A stretch of DNA of 64,000 bases. Origin: an uncultured Treponema sp. (GTDB lineage Bacteria > Spirochaetota > Spirochaetia > Treponematales > Treponemataceae). Made by a program: the position numbers and the translations under genes. The notes beneath the pieces are model-generated. The model searched no databases. It was given only the letters and a program-made list of their open reading frames with translations, and was not told where the DNA came from. Each line of letters starts with the position of its first letter. Position 1 is the stretch's first letter. Positions 52,516 through 62,488 of the stretch are shown one piece after another. The stretch covers positions 435 through 64,434 of the forward strand of contig CALDWC010000014.1 of assembly GCA_937923945.1 (NCBI GenBank), written 5' to 3'.

Positions 52516-52896
52516 ATGATTCGCGGAATTGGAATTGATATTGTTCAAGTGGAGCGTTTGGAAAAATGGCTGACCCGTCCCGAGCCGGAAAAACTGATTG
52601 CCCGATTTTTTCACCGTGATGAAATAGCTGCGGCGCTTGCAAATCCAAAGACCGCAGCACTCAGTTTAGCCGCCCGCTTTGCGGCAAAAGAAGCATTCGG
52701 GAAAGCTTTGGGGAGCGGTTTGCGTGGGATTCGTCTCAAAGATATTTGCGTGAAAACCGCCTACAACGGCAAGCCTGAACTTGTTTTGTTCGATTCTGCG
52801 CTTGCCGCTTTTAAAACATCCGCTGCAAAATACGCGTTTGTGTCACTCAGTCACGAAAAAATGATGGCGGTTGCCGTGGTTGTGTTGGAATCTTAA
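52516..52896 (+). CDS. acpS: Holo-[acyl-carrier-protein] synthase
   Basis: MIRGIGIDIVQVERL N-terminus, AAKEAFGKALG motif, 126 aa. Confidence 0.85.
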   Translation: MIRGIGIDIVQVERLEKWLTRPEPEKLIARFFHRDEIAAALANPKTAALSLAARFAAKEAFGKALGSGLRGIRLKDICVKTAYNGKPELVLFDSALAAFKTSAAKYAFVSLSHEKMMAVAVVVLES

Positions 52897-52904
52897 AGAA
52901 CGCG

Positions 52905-52998
52905 GTTAAGGTGGGTACTGAAAAGTAGTCTTTTAAAAACATCAGCTTTTGAAAGATGCCCTCAATTCTCGATAATTAATCAGAGCCTCCTTAACCGA
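52905..52998 (+). repeat. Repeat module C copy (CAATTCTCGATAATTAATCAGA) enclosed by the inverted repeat CGGTTAAGG...CCTTAACCG
   Basis: Read directly. Lies between the convergent acpS and lysS. Confidence 0.6.
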
Positions 52999-53011
52999 TA
53001 TTAATCCTTTG

Positions 53012-54601
53012 TTAAATATGCAAAAGTTTTTCAAGCCGCGCCGCTCCGAGTATTTTCATAAAGTTTGCGAGACGCGGTCCTTGCTCTTTGTTAATGAGCG
53101 CTTTATAAACTGCAACAAAAAGTACTTTTGCATCGAGATTGCACGATTCGGCGATTTCATACAGCTTGTTTGAAATTGCTCGTTCATCGATTGAATCAAG
53201 TATCGGTAAAAGTTCTGCAGCGATTTTTTCAACGGCTTGCTTTTCGCTTCCCGAAAGTGAAACGCTCTGTCCTTCGGGGCGTAAACTGAATCGGAATTCT
53301 TCCGGCGCGCATTCGGTAATCCAGTTCCAGGCGCACACCGCTCTTGTTTTTAATCGCGGACGTTGAAAGTCCTTGAGATCGGAAAGCGAATCCAAGGTTG
53401 CATCAATATCGCCGCCGTTGATTTGTAATAAATTGCATAAATGACGGAACGGAATTTGGTACGGCATTGATTCTTGTGCAAACGATGCGTCTTTCGGCAT
53501 TTTTTCAACTTGCGAAAGTTCGTAAATGCGTTTTTCCTGCGCTAATATATCGGCGTTTTTGGCAGCTTGTACCCCGTACGCGATACGTTCGGTTTTGTCG
53601 TAATCTTCGTAAATTTTAATAACGTCCAAATCAAAGCTGATGGCAAACTCCGTGTTCGGGCGGGTACTTGCAAAAAGGTAGCGAACTACTTCCGGCTGAT
53701 AATACTGGAGCACATCGGACAGACTGATTACCTTGCCTTTTGATGAAGACATTTTGCCGGGAAGTCCTTTTAAGCCGATGAAATCGTAGCTGAATGAAAC
53801 CGGAGCGGGGTAGTGGTAGATTTCTTTTGCGACAACTTCCGCCGTGTCAAATGAACCGCCCTTTGAATGATGGTCTTTTCCGGCAGGTTCAAACACTACC
53901 TGTTCATACGCCCAACGCATTGGCCAGTCAACCCGCCAGCCGAGTTTTGCGATTTTCGTTGTGCGCAAATCGATGGTTTCTTCATTGCCGCATTCGCACA
54001 CATAATGGACGCCCCATTCGCCGTCAAACGATTTCAGCTCGGTGGTATCTTTTGAGCACTTTGAACAAAACACCGACACCGGCCAGTATTCGCCCTGTAT
54101 TTGATGTGCTTCATCACGGAAGCTGTTTAATATGGCTTTTATTTTGTCCCGTTCCAAAAGGGCTTTCCGCATACCTTCGGCGTATTGACCTTTTTGGTAA
54201 TTTGAAGCTTGGTACAAAAAAATCGGATTAACCCCGACTGCGGGCAGCACACTTTCTACATCAACTTCGTGGTGGCGTGCATAGCTTTCGTCGCGGTCGA
54301 ACGTATCCGGCACCGAGGTAATGGGAAAGCGCAAGTATTTTTCAAGCACTTCCGGCTTCGGCATATTGAGCGGTACTTTGCGGAACACATCGTAATCGTC
54401 CCACGAATAAATAAAACGCACCTTTTTGCCGAGATCCTGCAATGCCCGCACAACCAACTCTACCGAAATAATTTCACGGAAGTTTCCGATATGCACGGTG
54501 CCGGACGGCGTAATGCCTGACGCACAAGTGTACTCATCCAAATCGCCGCGTTCCCGTATAATTTTTTCTGCTGTAAAATCTGCCCAATGTAACTTATTCA
54601 T
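53012..54601 (-). CDS. lysS: Class I lysyl-tRNA synthetase
   Basis: HIGN motif (GTVHIGNFREI) and KMSSS motif (GKMSSSKG). About 529 aa, typical of spirochaete/archaeal LysRS-I. Confidence 0.9.
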   Translation of the reverse strand: MNKLHWADFTAEKIIRERGDLDEYTCASGITPSGTVHIGNFREIISVELVVRALQDLGKKVRFIYSWDDYDVFRKVPLNMPKPEVLEKYLRFPITSVPDTFDRDESYARHHEVDVESVLPAVGVNPIFLYQASNYQKGQYAEGMRKALLERDKIKAILNSFRDEAHQIQGEYWPVSVFCSKCSKDTTELKSFDGEWGVHYVCECGNEETIDLRTTKIAKLGWRVDWPMRWAYEQVVFEPAGKDHHSKGGSFDTAEVVAKEIYHYPAPVSFSYDFIGLKGLPGKMSSSKGKVISLSDVLQYYQPEVVRYLFASTRPNTEFAISFDLDVIKIYEDYDKTERIAYGVQAAKNADILAQEKRIYELSQVEKMPKDASFAQESMPYQIPFRHLCNLLQINGGDIDATLDSLSDLKDFQRPRLKTRAVCAWNWITECAPEEFRFSLRPEGQSVSLSGSEKQAVEKIAAELLPILDSIDERAISNKLYEIAESCNLDAKVLFVAVYKALINKEQGPRLANFMKILGAARLEKLLHI

Positions 54602-54665
54602 AATTCCTCAATAACCAAATACCGCATTTTACTTAATAAGCGGGAAAAAATCAACCCGTTGTATT

Positions 54666-55892
54666 TTATTTGCGTTTGCCTTGCGCCTCTTTTTTATTTC
54701 CCGTATTCAAAATTCCTTTACGGTACAGTTTTGCGGCAAGATAGCCGAGTAAACCGGCGCTCACTGCGAGAATTGCAAGACTGATCCATACAAGATATGA
54801 CGGTATCGTATCCTGCATAAAACGAATCGGCATTAAAATCGGTGAGAAAAAGGGAATATATGAAAAGACTTTAATAATCGGAATGTCCATATCATGAACG
54901 TTGAACACTAAAAAATATGGTACCAGTATCAAAAGAATAACCGGAAATACCGCTTGTCCCGCCTCTTCCATTTGATTGATTTTCGCTGCAAAAATGCTGA
55001 TAAAACAAAGGTACAGCAGCGTACCGAGTATAATAAACATAATAATAGAGATAAGGTTTCCCGTCCCGATAATCTGTAAAATCTGAGCGGCAATATCGGA
55101 GCTGCCTTCCAAATTTTTCAGTGAAAAGAATGCGACCAATCCTAAAAAAATACCGTCCAAGACAATAAAGGCAAGCAGTGCAAACACTTTTCCGAAAAGC
55201 AGTGTCGTTGTACTTGTACTCGTAATGAGAACTTCAACGGTTTTGGAAATTTTTTCCGTTACAATATTGTAAGAAAGGATACTGCTAAAACTAATTATAA
55301 TCATATACATAAGTACATTGAGTACTATCGAAAGCGCATACGTGAAGTTTTCGTTTTTCCCTAAAACAATCGGATAAGCCGAGATAGGTAGAGCAAAAAA
55401 ATTATCAAGAGCCGCCGTATCGGTGAGTCCCAAATCGCTCAACTGTAATTTTTGTAAAAACACTTTAAGAACTTCACTAAACCGTGTCATACTGGTATCA
55501 CGCATTTTAGCATTGTTTACGAGGTAATTGTAAGTCGTGTCGCCGGTAAAAACAAAAGCTCGTTCCACTTCTTCGTTTTTTATCTGCTCGATCAATGTCT
55601 GTAGTGTTTCAGGATCGTTTTCAACGAGTTTAACCGTGACTCCGAACTCATGTTCAACTACTTTGTCAAAACCGTTTTTTGCTAATCTTTTGGTGAGCAC
55701 CAATGCGTATACCGGTTTTTTATCCGCTGTCGCTGAATCCGCTTTACCGGATGATGAAGATCCTGACAGAATTTTTGGTAAAAAACTTAAAAACACAATA
55801 ACTGCTGCAGTAAGAATCGCCGTAATAATTAAGCCTTTGTTTTTCAAAAGCTGCATCAGTTCAAATTTAAAAACTGTGATAAATTTTTTCAT
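54666..55892 (-). CDS. ABC-2 family transporter permease with a large extracytoplasmic loop (NatB-like)
   Basis: N-terminal TM, a ~150-aa soluble loop, then 5 C-terminal TMs. SD AAGGAG upstream. Adjacent to the ATPase gene. Confidence 0.65.
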   Translation of the reverse strand: MKKFITVFKFELMQLLKNKGLIITAILTAAVIVFLSFLPKILSGSSSSGKADSATADKKPVYALVLTKRLAKNGFDKVVEHEFGVTVKLVENDPETLQTLIEQIKNEEVERAFVFTGDTTYNYLVNNAKMRDTSMTRFSEVLKVFLQKLQLSDLGLTDTAALDNFFALPISAYPIVLGKNENFTYALSIVLNVLMYMIIISFSSILSYNIVTEKISKTVEVLITSTSTTTLLFGKVFALLAFIVLDGIFLGLVAFFSLKNLEGSSDIAAQILQIIGTGNLISIIMFIILGTLLYLCFISIFAAKINQMEEAGQAVFPVILLILVPYFLVFNVHDMDIPIIKVFSYIPFFSPILMPIRFMQDTIPSYLVWISLAILAVSAGLLGYLAAKLYRKGILNTGNKKEAQGKRK

Positions 55893-55932
55893 AGTATAAA
55901 CTCCTTAAATTACGTACAAGGTCTTGGCTCTT

Positions 55933-56835
55933 TTACTCGGCTTTTGTTCCGGTATACTGCACAAAAATATCGTTGAGTGACGGTTCCACCAAATGGATGG
56001 AATCCACTTCATAGCGTGCGGTAATTTCTTTCATCGCAGTGCGGGCACTTTCGACATTGTCAAAGTGCAGTTGTATCGTATCACGTGCAATATTGTCCGA
56101 CGCGGTAAAATGTGCCGCATATTCGTTTTTGATTGTGTCGTTTTCAGTCGAAGTCACGGCAATACTGTTTCGCTCGTAGCTCCGTTTGATTTCCGCGATG
56201 TTTCCGCTCACGGCAACGGTACCCTTATTCAAAATAGCCATATCGCTGCAAAATTCTTCGACATAGTTCATTTGGTGCGATGAAAGCAACACGATTTTGT
56301 CCTTCGCAATTTCTTCCCGAACGAACATTTTCAGTACTTCCGCATTTACCGGATCAAGTCCCGAAAACGGTTCATCCAAGATAATAATTTCAGGATCGTG
56401 CACCAGTGCGATAATCATTTGTACTTTTTGCTGATTTCCTTTTGAAAGCGTGCTGACCGGTTTATCCTTATATTGTACAAGTTCCAAGCGCTCCAAATAT
56501 TCCATAATTTTATCTTTTGCCGCTTTTTTTGGCATACTTTTCAGTTCCGCAAAGTAGAGCAACTGCTCCAAAACTTTTTTCTTTTGATACAATACTTTTT
56601 CTTCGGGGATGTAGCCTATTTTATCTCGGTTATAGGTAAATGGCTTTCCGTCCAAAAGTATTTCACCGAAATTCGCCCGAAATACATCGACGATAATATG
56701 AAATGTCGTACTTTTGCCTGCACCGTTTCGTCCTAAAAATGCAAACGCTTTTCCGCTCTGTACTTTGAAAGAAACACCTTTTAATACTTCATTCGTACCG
56801 AAACTTTTATGCAAGTCTTTTATTTCCAATAGCAT
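55933..56835 (-). CDS. ABC transporter ATP-binding protein. Start at the internal ATG at 56835; the annotated start at 56874 is TTG
   Basis: Walker A GRNGAGKST, signature LSKGNQQK, Walker B IILDEPFSGLD. Confidence 0.85.
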   Translation of the reverse strand: MLLEIKDLHKSFGTNEVLKGVSFKVQSGKAFAFLGRNGAGKSTTFHIIVDVFRANFGEILLDGKPFTYNRDKIGYIPEEKVLYQKKKVLEQLLYFAELKSMPKKAAKDKIMEYLERLELVQYKDKPVSTLSKGNQQKVQMIIALVHDPEIIILDEPFSGLDPVNAEVLKMFVREEIAKDKIVLLSSHQMNYVEEFCSDMAILNKGTVAVSGNIAEIKRSYERNSIAVTSTENDTIKNEYAAHFTASDNIARDTIQLHFDNVESARTAMKEITARYEVDSIHLVEPSLNDIFVQYTGTKAE

Positions 56836-56956
56836 AGTGAAACCTCTCGGTTCCGATTTTACAAAAAGGGGCAATGAGGGTCAAGTGCGCAAAAGAAAAA
56901 CGGTTAGCTTTACTGAGCGAACTTATCAACTCAGTCAATTTTGATTTTTTGAAAAA

Positions 56957-57010
56957 CTAAAGGAAACGATGTTAAACGGCGTCAAGCCTTTAATCCGCGT
57001 TTCCTTTAGA
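56957..57010 (-). repeat. Module A repeat copy in reverse orientation (stem CTAAAGGAAACG / CGTTTCCTTTAG)
   Basis: The reverse complement reads CTAAAGGAAACGCGGATTAAAGGCTTGACGCCGTTTAACATCGTTTCCTTTAG. Lies between the divergent ABC ATPase gene and mgtE. Confidence 0.8.
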
Positions 57011-57190
57011 ATGTTTTTCCGCATTTGCCGGCACGGATGCCGACGCAGAATAATCTTCAAGTTTTATCGGAAACAAGATTTAGTGAACCGATAAAACTTG
57101 GCATATCGGAAAAATATAGACGTTTTTTCGATATGCTATTGACATTTTCTCCCGCTTTGTCTAGTATGCAATTCGTGGTAGGAGTCCGTC

Positions 57191-58534
57191 ATGCAAAATA
57201 ATGTCCAAGTTTTACAACTCATCGAAGAAAAAAAATTTGCCGAAGCGAAAGAATTATTGGTAACAATGAATGAAATAAACATTGCGACGTTACTGAGCGA
57301 TGTTAATGCGGAAGAAATGCTCGTGATGTTCCGCCTTTTGCCGAAAACGCTTGCGGCGGAAGTGTTTGCGTTTCTTTCAACCTACAGTCAAAAATTCATT
57401 GTTTCGGCGTTTTCGGATGCGGAACTTACCAGCTTGCTGAGTTCGCTGTTCGTTGACGATGTTGCCGACCTCGTTGAGGAAATGCCCGCAAATGTTGCAA
57501 GTAAAATTTTGAAAAATGCCAATGAAACGACTCGCCATATTGTTAATCAAATCTTGCAGTATCCGGAAGATTCTGCCGGCAGTCTTTTAACCACCGAGTA
57601 TATCCGTTTGCGGAAGCAGCAAACGGTCACGAGTGCACTCGAATCGATTCGATTGAAAGGAATTAAAACCGAAACGATTTACACGTGCTATGTTACCGAT
57701 GAACAGCGGTTTTTGCAGGGCATCGTTTCTCTGCGTGATTTGGTTTTGGCGGAGCCGGAGCAAACGTTGGAAAGTTTTATGACAACGGACTTTGTGTGCG
57801 TGAGTACCCATGATGATCGCGAAGTGGTTGCACAAGTTTTTAAAAAATACGGCTTTATTGCGCTTCCGGTCGTTGATACGGAAAAACGGCTCGTGGGAAT
57901 TATCACCGTTGATGATATTATCGATGTTATCGAAGCGGAAAACACTGAAGACTTTCACAAGATGGCGGGTATTCAGCCCTCCGAAGAAAGCTACTTGGAA
58001 ACCGGCGTTTTACGGCTTGCGCGGCACCGTATTTTTTGGCTCCTTCTTTTGATGATCACCGAAACATTTACGAGCGGTATCATTGAACACTTTACCGAAG
58101 TTTTACAAAAATGCGTATTGCTCACCGCGTTTATTCCTGTTTTGATGGATACGGGCGGAAATTCCGGAAGTCAAGCCTCGACACTTATTATCCGCGGTCT
58201 TGCAACCGGAGATTTGAAAACCAGTGATCTTCCGCGAATCCTATGGAAAGAATTCCGTATCGGGCTTTTTATTTCGGTGATTTTGTCGTCAATCATGTTT
58301 GCGAAAAACTTTTTTATCAGCGGGAAAGACCTATATGTTTCCTTGTCTGTTTCCTGTGCGATTCTTACAACGGTTATTCTTGCAAAACTCGTCGGGGCGA
58401 CTTTGCCGATTATCGCGCAAAAGCTAAAACTCGACCCTGCAACGATGGCTTCACCGATATTAACCACCGTAGTTGATACCGTGAGTTTGCTCGTGTATTT
58501 CAGTTTTGCAAAATTTTTTATTCCGGCGCTTTAG
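57191..58534 (+). CDS. mgtE: Magnesium transporter MgtE
   Basis: MgtE N domain, CBS pair, C-terminal TM domain with GNSGSQAS and the PAL tail. Confidence 0.88.
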   Translation: MQNNVQVLQLIEEKKFAEAKELLVTMNEINIATLLSDVNAEEMLVMFRLLPKTLAAEVFAFLSTYSQKFIVSAFSDAELTSLLSSLFVDDVADLVEEMPANVASKILKNANETTRHIVNQILQYPEDSAGSLLTTEYIRLRKQQTVTSALESIRLKGIKTETIYTCYVTDEQRFLQGIVSLRDLVLAEPEQTLESFMTTDFVCVSTHDDREVVAQVFKKYGFIALPVVDTEKRLVGIITVDDIIDVIEAENTEDFHKMAGIQPSEESYLETGVLRLARHRIFWLLLLMITETFTSGIIEHFTEVLQKCVLLTAFIPVLMDTGGNSGSQASTLIIRGLATGDLKTSDLPRILWKEFRIGLFISVILSSIMFAKNFFISGKDLYVSLSVSCAILTTVILAKLVGATLPIIAQKLKLDPATMASPILTTVVDTVSLLVYFSFAKFFIPAL

Positions 58535-58639
58535 AAAACGTTGATTAGAGTAATTCGCGCGGTGGGGAAAGAACGATTAAATTTCTCCTACTTGCAAAAA
58601 TTCGCAAAGCGCAATTATACCTAAAAATGGGAAAGGAAC

Positions 58640-58720
58640 ACCTCTTCTTTCGAGGCGGGTTTTTCCTCCGCTTAAGAAGGCACTGATTAATTTAATCGAG
58701 AATTAAAGGTGATACCGGCT
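58640..58720 (-). repeat. Repeat module C copy in reverse orientation
   Basis: The reverse complement of 58681-58706 reads TTTAATTCTCGATTAAATTAATCAGTG. Lies between the convergent mgtE and priA. Confidence 0.6.
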
Positions 58721-58819
58721 TTTCGATTGTATTCATATATTTTTATAGCTGACTATATAAAACAAGATTTATCGGAATTTGCATTTAAAAATAAAAAATC
58801 TCTTAATTTTTCGTTACGT

Positions 58820-60793
58820 TTACAACAACGCAATCGGGTCGACGTCAATTTCCATATACACGGCGTACGGCAGTTTGTACGCGGCGATTAATTTTCGCAC
58901 GGCTTTTTGGAGCGTTCCGATTCGCGTCGCTTTAAGCAAAATCTGCCGGCGATGATTTCCCGCAACCATTGACAAAGCACAATCCGCCGGTCCAAGTAAT
59001 TCCGCTTGAGCGGGCAGCGCCTCCCGCAAAAAAGCCGCCGCCTCATCGGCTGCTTTGACTGTTTGCTGCTTTTCTTTGCTGCGGAATACTATCCGCAAAA
59101 GCCGCATAAAAGGCGGATAGCCGAATTCGCGCCGTTGCGCAAGCTCAAGCTCGTAAAACGCCCGCATATTTCCCGACTTCGCAAATAAAATCGCCGGATG
59201 CGTCGGACGGAGCGTTTGAATGATTACCCGCCCGTCAGGCATAAACCGCCCCGCACGCCCCGCGACTTGTGTAATTAATGCAAAGGTTCGTTCCGCCGCT
59301 CGAAAGTCCGGCATTTGTAAGCCGGTATCGGCGAGTGCAATCCCGACTAATTTTACTTGCGGAAAGTTCAAGCCCTTCGCAACCATCTGCGTTCCCAAAA
59401 GAATATCAATTTTTCCTTCGCGGAACGCCGTGAGTGTTTCCTGCAGTGCTTTCGAAGAACCGGCACTGTCCGTATCAACACGGGCAACGGTACACTCCGG
59501 CAAATAACGCTTGATTTCCGCCTCTACGAACTCCGTCCCAACCCCCGAATAACCGGCATCAAGCGACCCGCACGCGGGACACTTTTTCGGCGGTTCCGTT
59601 TGCCATCCGCAATAATGGCATTTCATCATGCCTTCTTTTTTGTGCCACGTCATCGGAACGGAACAATTTTTACACAAAAGCTGAAATCCGCACGCATAGC
59701 ACACATAAAAATGCGTAAAGCCCCGCCGGTTTAAAAAAATAATCGATTGCTTTCCTTCCGCTTTTGCTGCTTTCATTTCTGCAATTAAGGGTTTACTCAA
59801 CGAGGAGGTTTTGCTTTGTATCGGAACAACTTCAATGGCAGGCGGACTGCCGCCTGCGAGCCGTTTCGTTAAACTCAATTTTTTTATAACACCGCTTTGC
59901 ATGGAGTGCCAGGCTTCAACCGACGGTGTGGCAGATCCCATAACAAGTGGACAACCCACAAGCGCTGAAAGCATCATCGCCGCTTGCCGCGCATGATAGC
60001 GCGGCGTTGACCCCGATTTATACGAGCCGTCGTGTTCTTCATCGATAATAATCAGCCCCAAGTTTTGCACGGGCGCGAAAATCGCACTTCGCGCGCCGAC
60101 GGCAACTTTTGCCTCGCCCGACAAACAGCGTTTCCACTGTGCAAGTTTTTTACTTGCGGTGAGTCCCGAATGCAGCACGGCAACCGAAGAGCCGAAACGG
60201 GTCGAGAGCGTTTCTACTGTTTGATGCGTCAACGCAATTTCAGGTACTAAATAAATTGCGCCCTTGCCCTGACGCTGCGCGGCTTCAATCGCCTGCACAT
60301 ACACTTCCGTTTTGCCCGAGCCGGTAATTCCTAAAAGATAAAAAAACGATTGTTTTTTTTCCGCAAGGGCGGCGGTAATTTCGTCGACGGCATATTTTTG
60401 TTCATCGGAAAGAGAAACGGTATGTGCGGAAAAGTCAACCGAGCTTAATCCGAAGCCGTCGGCTCCCGATTCACGCTTTGCAGAAGGCACCATACAGGAC
60501 AGCACTTCTCCGATTGCACATAGGTAAAAGTCGGCAATTTTTTTCGCGAGAGCAATATGAGTTTCGGTAAAAAGCGGCTCCGCATCAATAAAACGCTCAA
60601 TTGTTTTTATCGCAACATCGGCTGGAAAATCGATCGGCAAGGTTTCGGCTTCGTTGATAACAAAACCGGTCAGCTTTCTTTTTCCGAAATAGGCGGAAAC
60701 TCGCTTACCGACACCCGAAACGGAAGCGTCGCAGCTTTTATAAAAAAACGCCGAAGCAATCGGCACGTTAAAAACAACTTCTAAAAATTGCAT
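58820..60793 (-). CDS. priA: Primosomal protein N' (replication restart helicase PriA)
   Basis: Walker A GITGSGKTEVY, DEEH box LIIIDEEHDGSYK, Cys-rich zinc-binding insert (CYACGFQLLCKNC...CHYCGW...CPACGS). Confidence 0.9.
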   Translation of the reverse strand: MQFLEVVFNVPIASAFFYKSCDASVSGVGKRVSAYFGKRKLTGFVINEAETLPIDFPADVAIKTIERFIDAEPLFTETHIALAKKIADFYLCAIGEVLSCMVPSAKRESGADGFGLSSVDFSAHTVSLSDEQKYAVDEITAALAEKKQSFFYLLGITGSGKTEVYVQAIEAAQRQGKGAIYLVPEIALTHQTVETLSTRFGSSVAVLHSGLTASKKLAQWKRCLSGEAKVAVGARSAIFAPVQNLGLIIIDEEHDGSYKSGSTPRYHARQAAMMLSALVGCPLVMGSATPSVEAWHSMQSGVIKKLSLTKRLAGGSPPAIEVVPIQSKTSSLSKPLIAEMKAAKAEGKQSIIFLNRRGFTHFYVCYACGFQLLCKNCSVPMTWHKKEGMMKCHYCGWQTEPPKKCPACGSLDAGYSGVGTEFVEAEIKRYLPECTVARVDTDSAGSSKALQETLTAFREGKIDILLGTQMVAKGLNFPQVKLVGIALADTGLQMPDFRAAERTFALITQVAGRAGRFMPDGRVIIQTLRPTHPAILFAKSGNMRAFYELELAQRREFGYPPFMRLLRIVFRSKEKQQTVKAADEAAAFLREALPAQAELLGPADCALSMVAGNHRRQILLKATRIGTLQKAVRKLIAAYKLPYAVYMEIDVDPIALL

Positions 60794-62488
60794 TTAAAAA
60801 TAATTCGGGTCATCAAGGTAGGCATACAAGCCCATAAAGCCTTCAAGATATCCGGCTTTTCGGCGTTTTGCATACACTTGAATATACAAAATTTCGTCAT
60901 CTTTATTAAGATGCTCGCCTTTTAGTTCCACATAATCGTTTTCCGCAAAACCGGTTTCGTCCGCAGGACTTCCTTTAATAGTGTTGATAACGCGGTAGGA
61001 ATTGCGTGCAACTTTTTCCAGTTTCATTCCCGTTAGCGGCAGCATCACCCGTGACATCACATCCGTTTTATAGGCTTCTCTTCCGGGAAATTCGGGGCGA
61101 GCACCCAACTGCACAAACCAAGCAGTCGCGCGGTACCGTCCGTCTTTTTTTGTTAAACCTTCCACTTTGATAATCGTTTTCACCGGTATTGAAAAAATAA
61201 CATCCTGAATATCTTCGAGCGTTTTTACCGTTAGCCCGTTAATTTTTTGAATGATGTCTCCTTCGTTCAAACCCGCCGAATACGCAGGAGCGTGCGGCAA
61301 AATATAATCAACGGAAACGCCCGTTTCAACTTCCGCATGTTCCGCACTTACAATCGTGTGTCCGAAGCTGCCGAACCACCCGTGCTTTACTTCACCGCCG
61401 GCAAAGAGATCGGGTAAAATTGTTTTAACCAGCTCGATCGGAATAGCAAAGTTTAAACCTTCATTTTGTTCCAAGCCGGCAAATACAATCGCCTGCGCGT
61501 TGCCGTATTCGTCAATGAGCGGACCGCCGGAATTGCCGTGATTGATTGCCGCATCAATTTGTAAAACGTTGCCGAGTGACAAAAGTCGGCGGTTTTTTGC
61601 CGATACAATTCCCGACGTCAGCGTTTTTTCCAAGCCGGCGGGCGATCCGATTGCATAAATGCGGCTCCCGATGGTTAAATCTTCCGAAGAACCGAAATTA
61701 AAAACAACTTCCGGTGTTAATTCCGTTTTTAAAAGTGCCACATCCAAAATACTGTCCCAGCCGATAACTTTTGCCGGAATCCGTAAGGCGGAATTTTTCG
61801 GATCTTTGATATACACCCGCGAGTAGCCTTCATAGGTCGGATCGACTTCACTTTGGATGACGTGATAATTCGTTAAAAAATATCCTCGTTTGTCAATAAA
61901 AAAGCCCGACCCGATAATGCGGTCGGCAAAGGCGACTCCTTTTTGAATACTCATACCGCGATCAACCCAGACAGTAACCGTCCCTCGGATCATTTTTTCG
62001 ATAACGGCGGGCGAAGGTTTTATTTCGGAATTATCCGTTTTTACATTTCTTCGGCTTGCAACGAGTACCGCATCGCCTTTTCGTTGCCAAAGCTCCGCCT
62101 GATTTTCCCGCAGCGAAGTTTCCGTCCAGCCTTCCGGAGCTAAACCGACATTTGCGAGCGACGAAAAATACAAAAGCGCTTTATCCCAATCACCGGCTCC
62201 AACCGCTTTTGTAAAATTTTGCCTGCTTTCGGTAACCGCTTTATCGTAGAGTGCGGAAACTTCGGCGTATCCTGCTGTTTTGCTTTGCAGAACCAGTGCT
62301 TTTGACAATGCAGTAAGCGGATCTTTCGGTAAAGATTTTTCACCGAGGGATACTTCATAGAGTACCGCCGACGAACTATCGTAGTCGACCGGAGCGGTCG
62401 GCGTTTTTAAGCTGTTGCACGCACTCGCATAGAGACAAAGAATGATAATGACACCGTATTTAATCGGCTGTTTCAATGATTTGCGCAA
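60794..62488 (-). CDS. htrA: HtrA/DegP-family serine protease with PDZ domain(s), lipoprotein-type signal (TTG start)
   Basis: Catalytic GNSGGPL motif and HV/D context. Signal IIILCLYASAC. About 564 aa. Confidence 0.85.
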   Translation of the reverse strand: MRKSLKQPIKYGVIIILCLYASACNSLKTPTAPVDYDSSSAVLYEVSLGEKSLPKDPLTALSKALVLQSKTAGYAEVSALYDKAVTESRQNFTKAVGAGDWDKALLYFSSLANVGLAPEGWTETSLRENQAELWQRKGDAVLVASRRNVKTDNSEIKPSPAVIEKMIRGTVTVWVDRGMSIQKGVAFADRIIGSGFFIDKRGYFLTNYHVIQSEVDPTYEGYSRVYIKDPKNSALRIPAKVIGWDSILDVALLKTELTPEVVFNFGSSEDLTIGSRIYAIGSPAGLEKTLTSGIVSAKNRRLLSLGNVLQIDAAINHGNSGGPLIDEYGNAQAIVFAGLEQNEGLNFAIPIELVKTILPDLFAGGEVKHGWFGSFGHTIVSAEHAEVETGVSVDYILPHAPAYSAGLNEGDIIQKINGLTVKTLEDIQDVIFSIPVKTIIKVEGLTKKDGRYRATAWFVQLGARPEFPGREAYKTDVMSRVMLPLTGMKLEKVARNSYRVINTIKGSPADETGFAENDYVELKGEHLNKDDEILYIQVYAKRRKAGYLEGFMGLYAYLDDPNYF

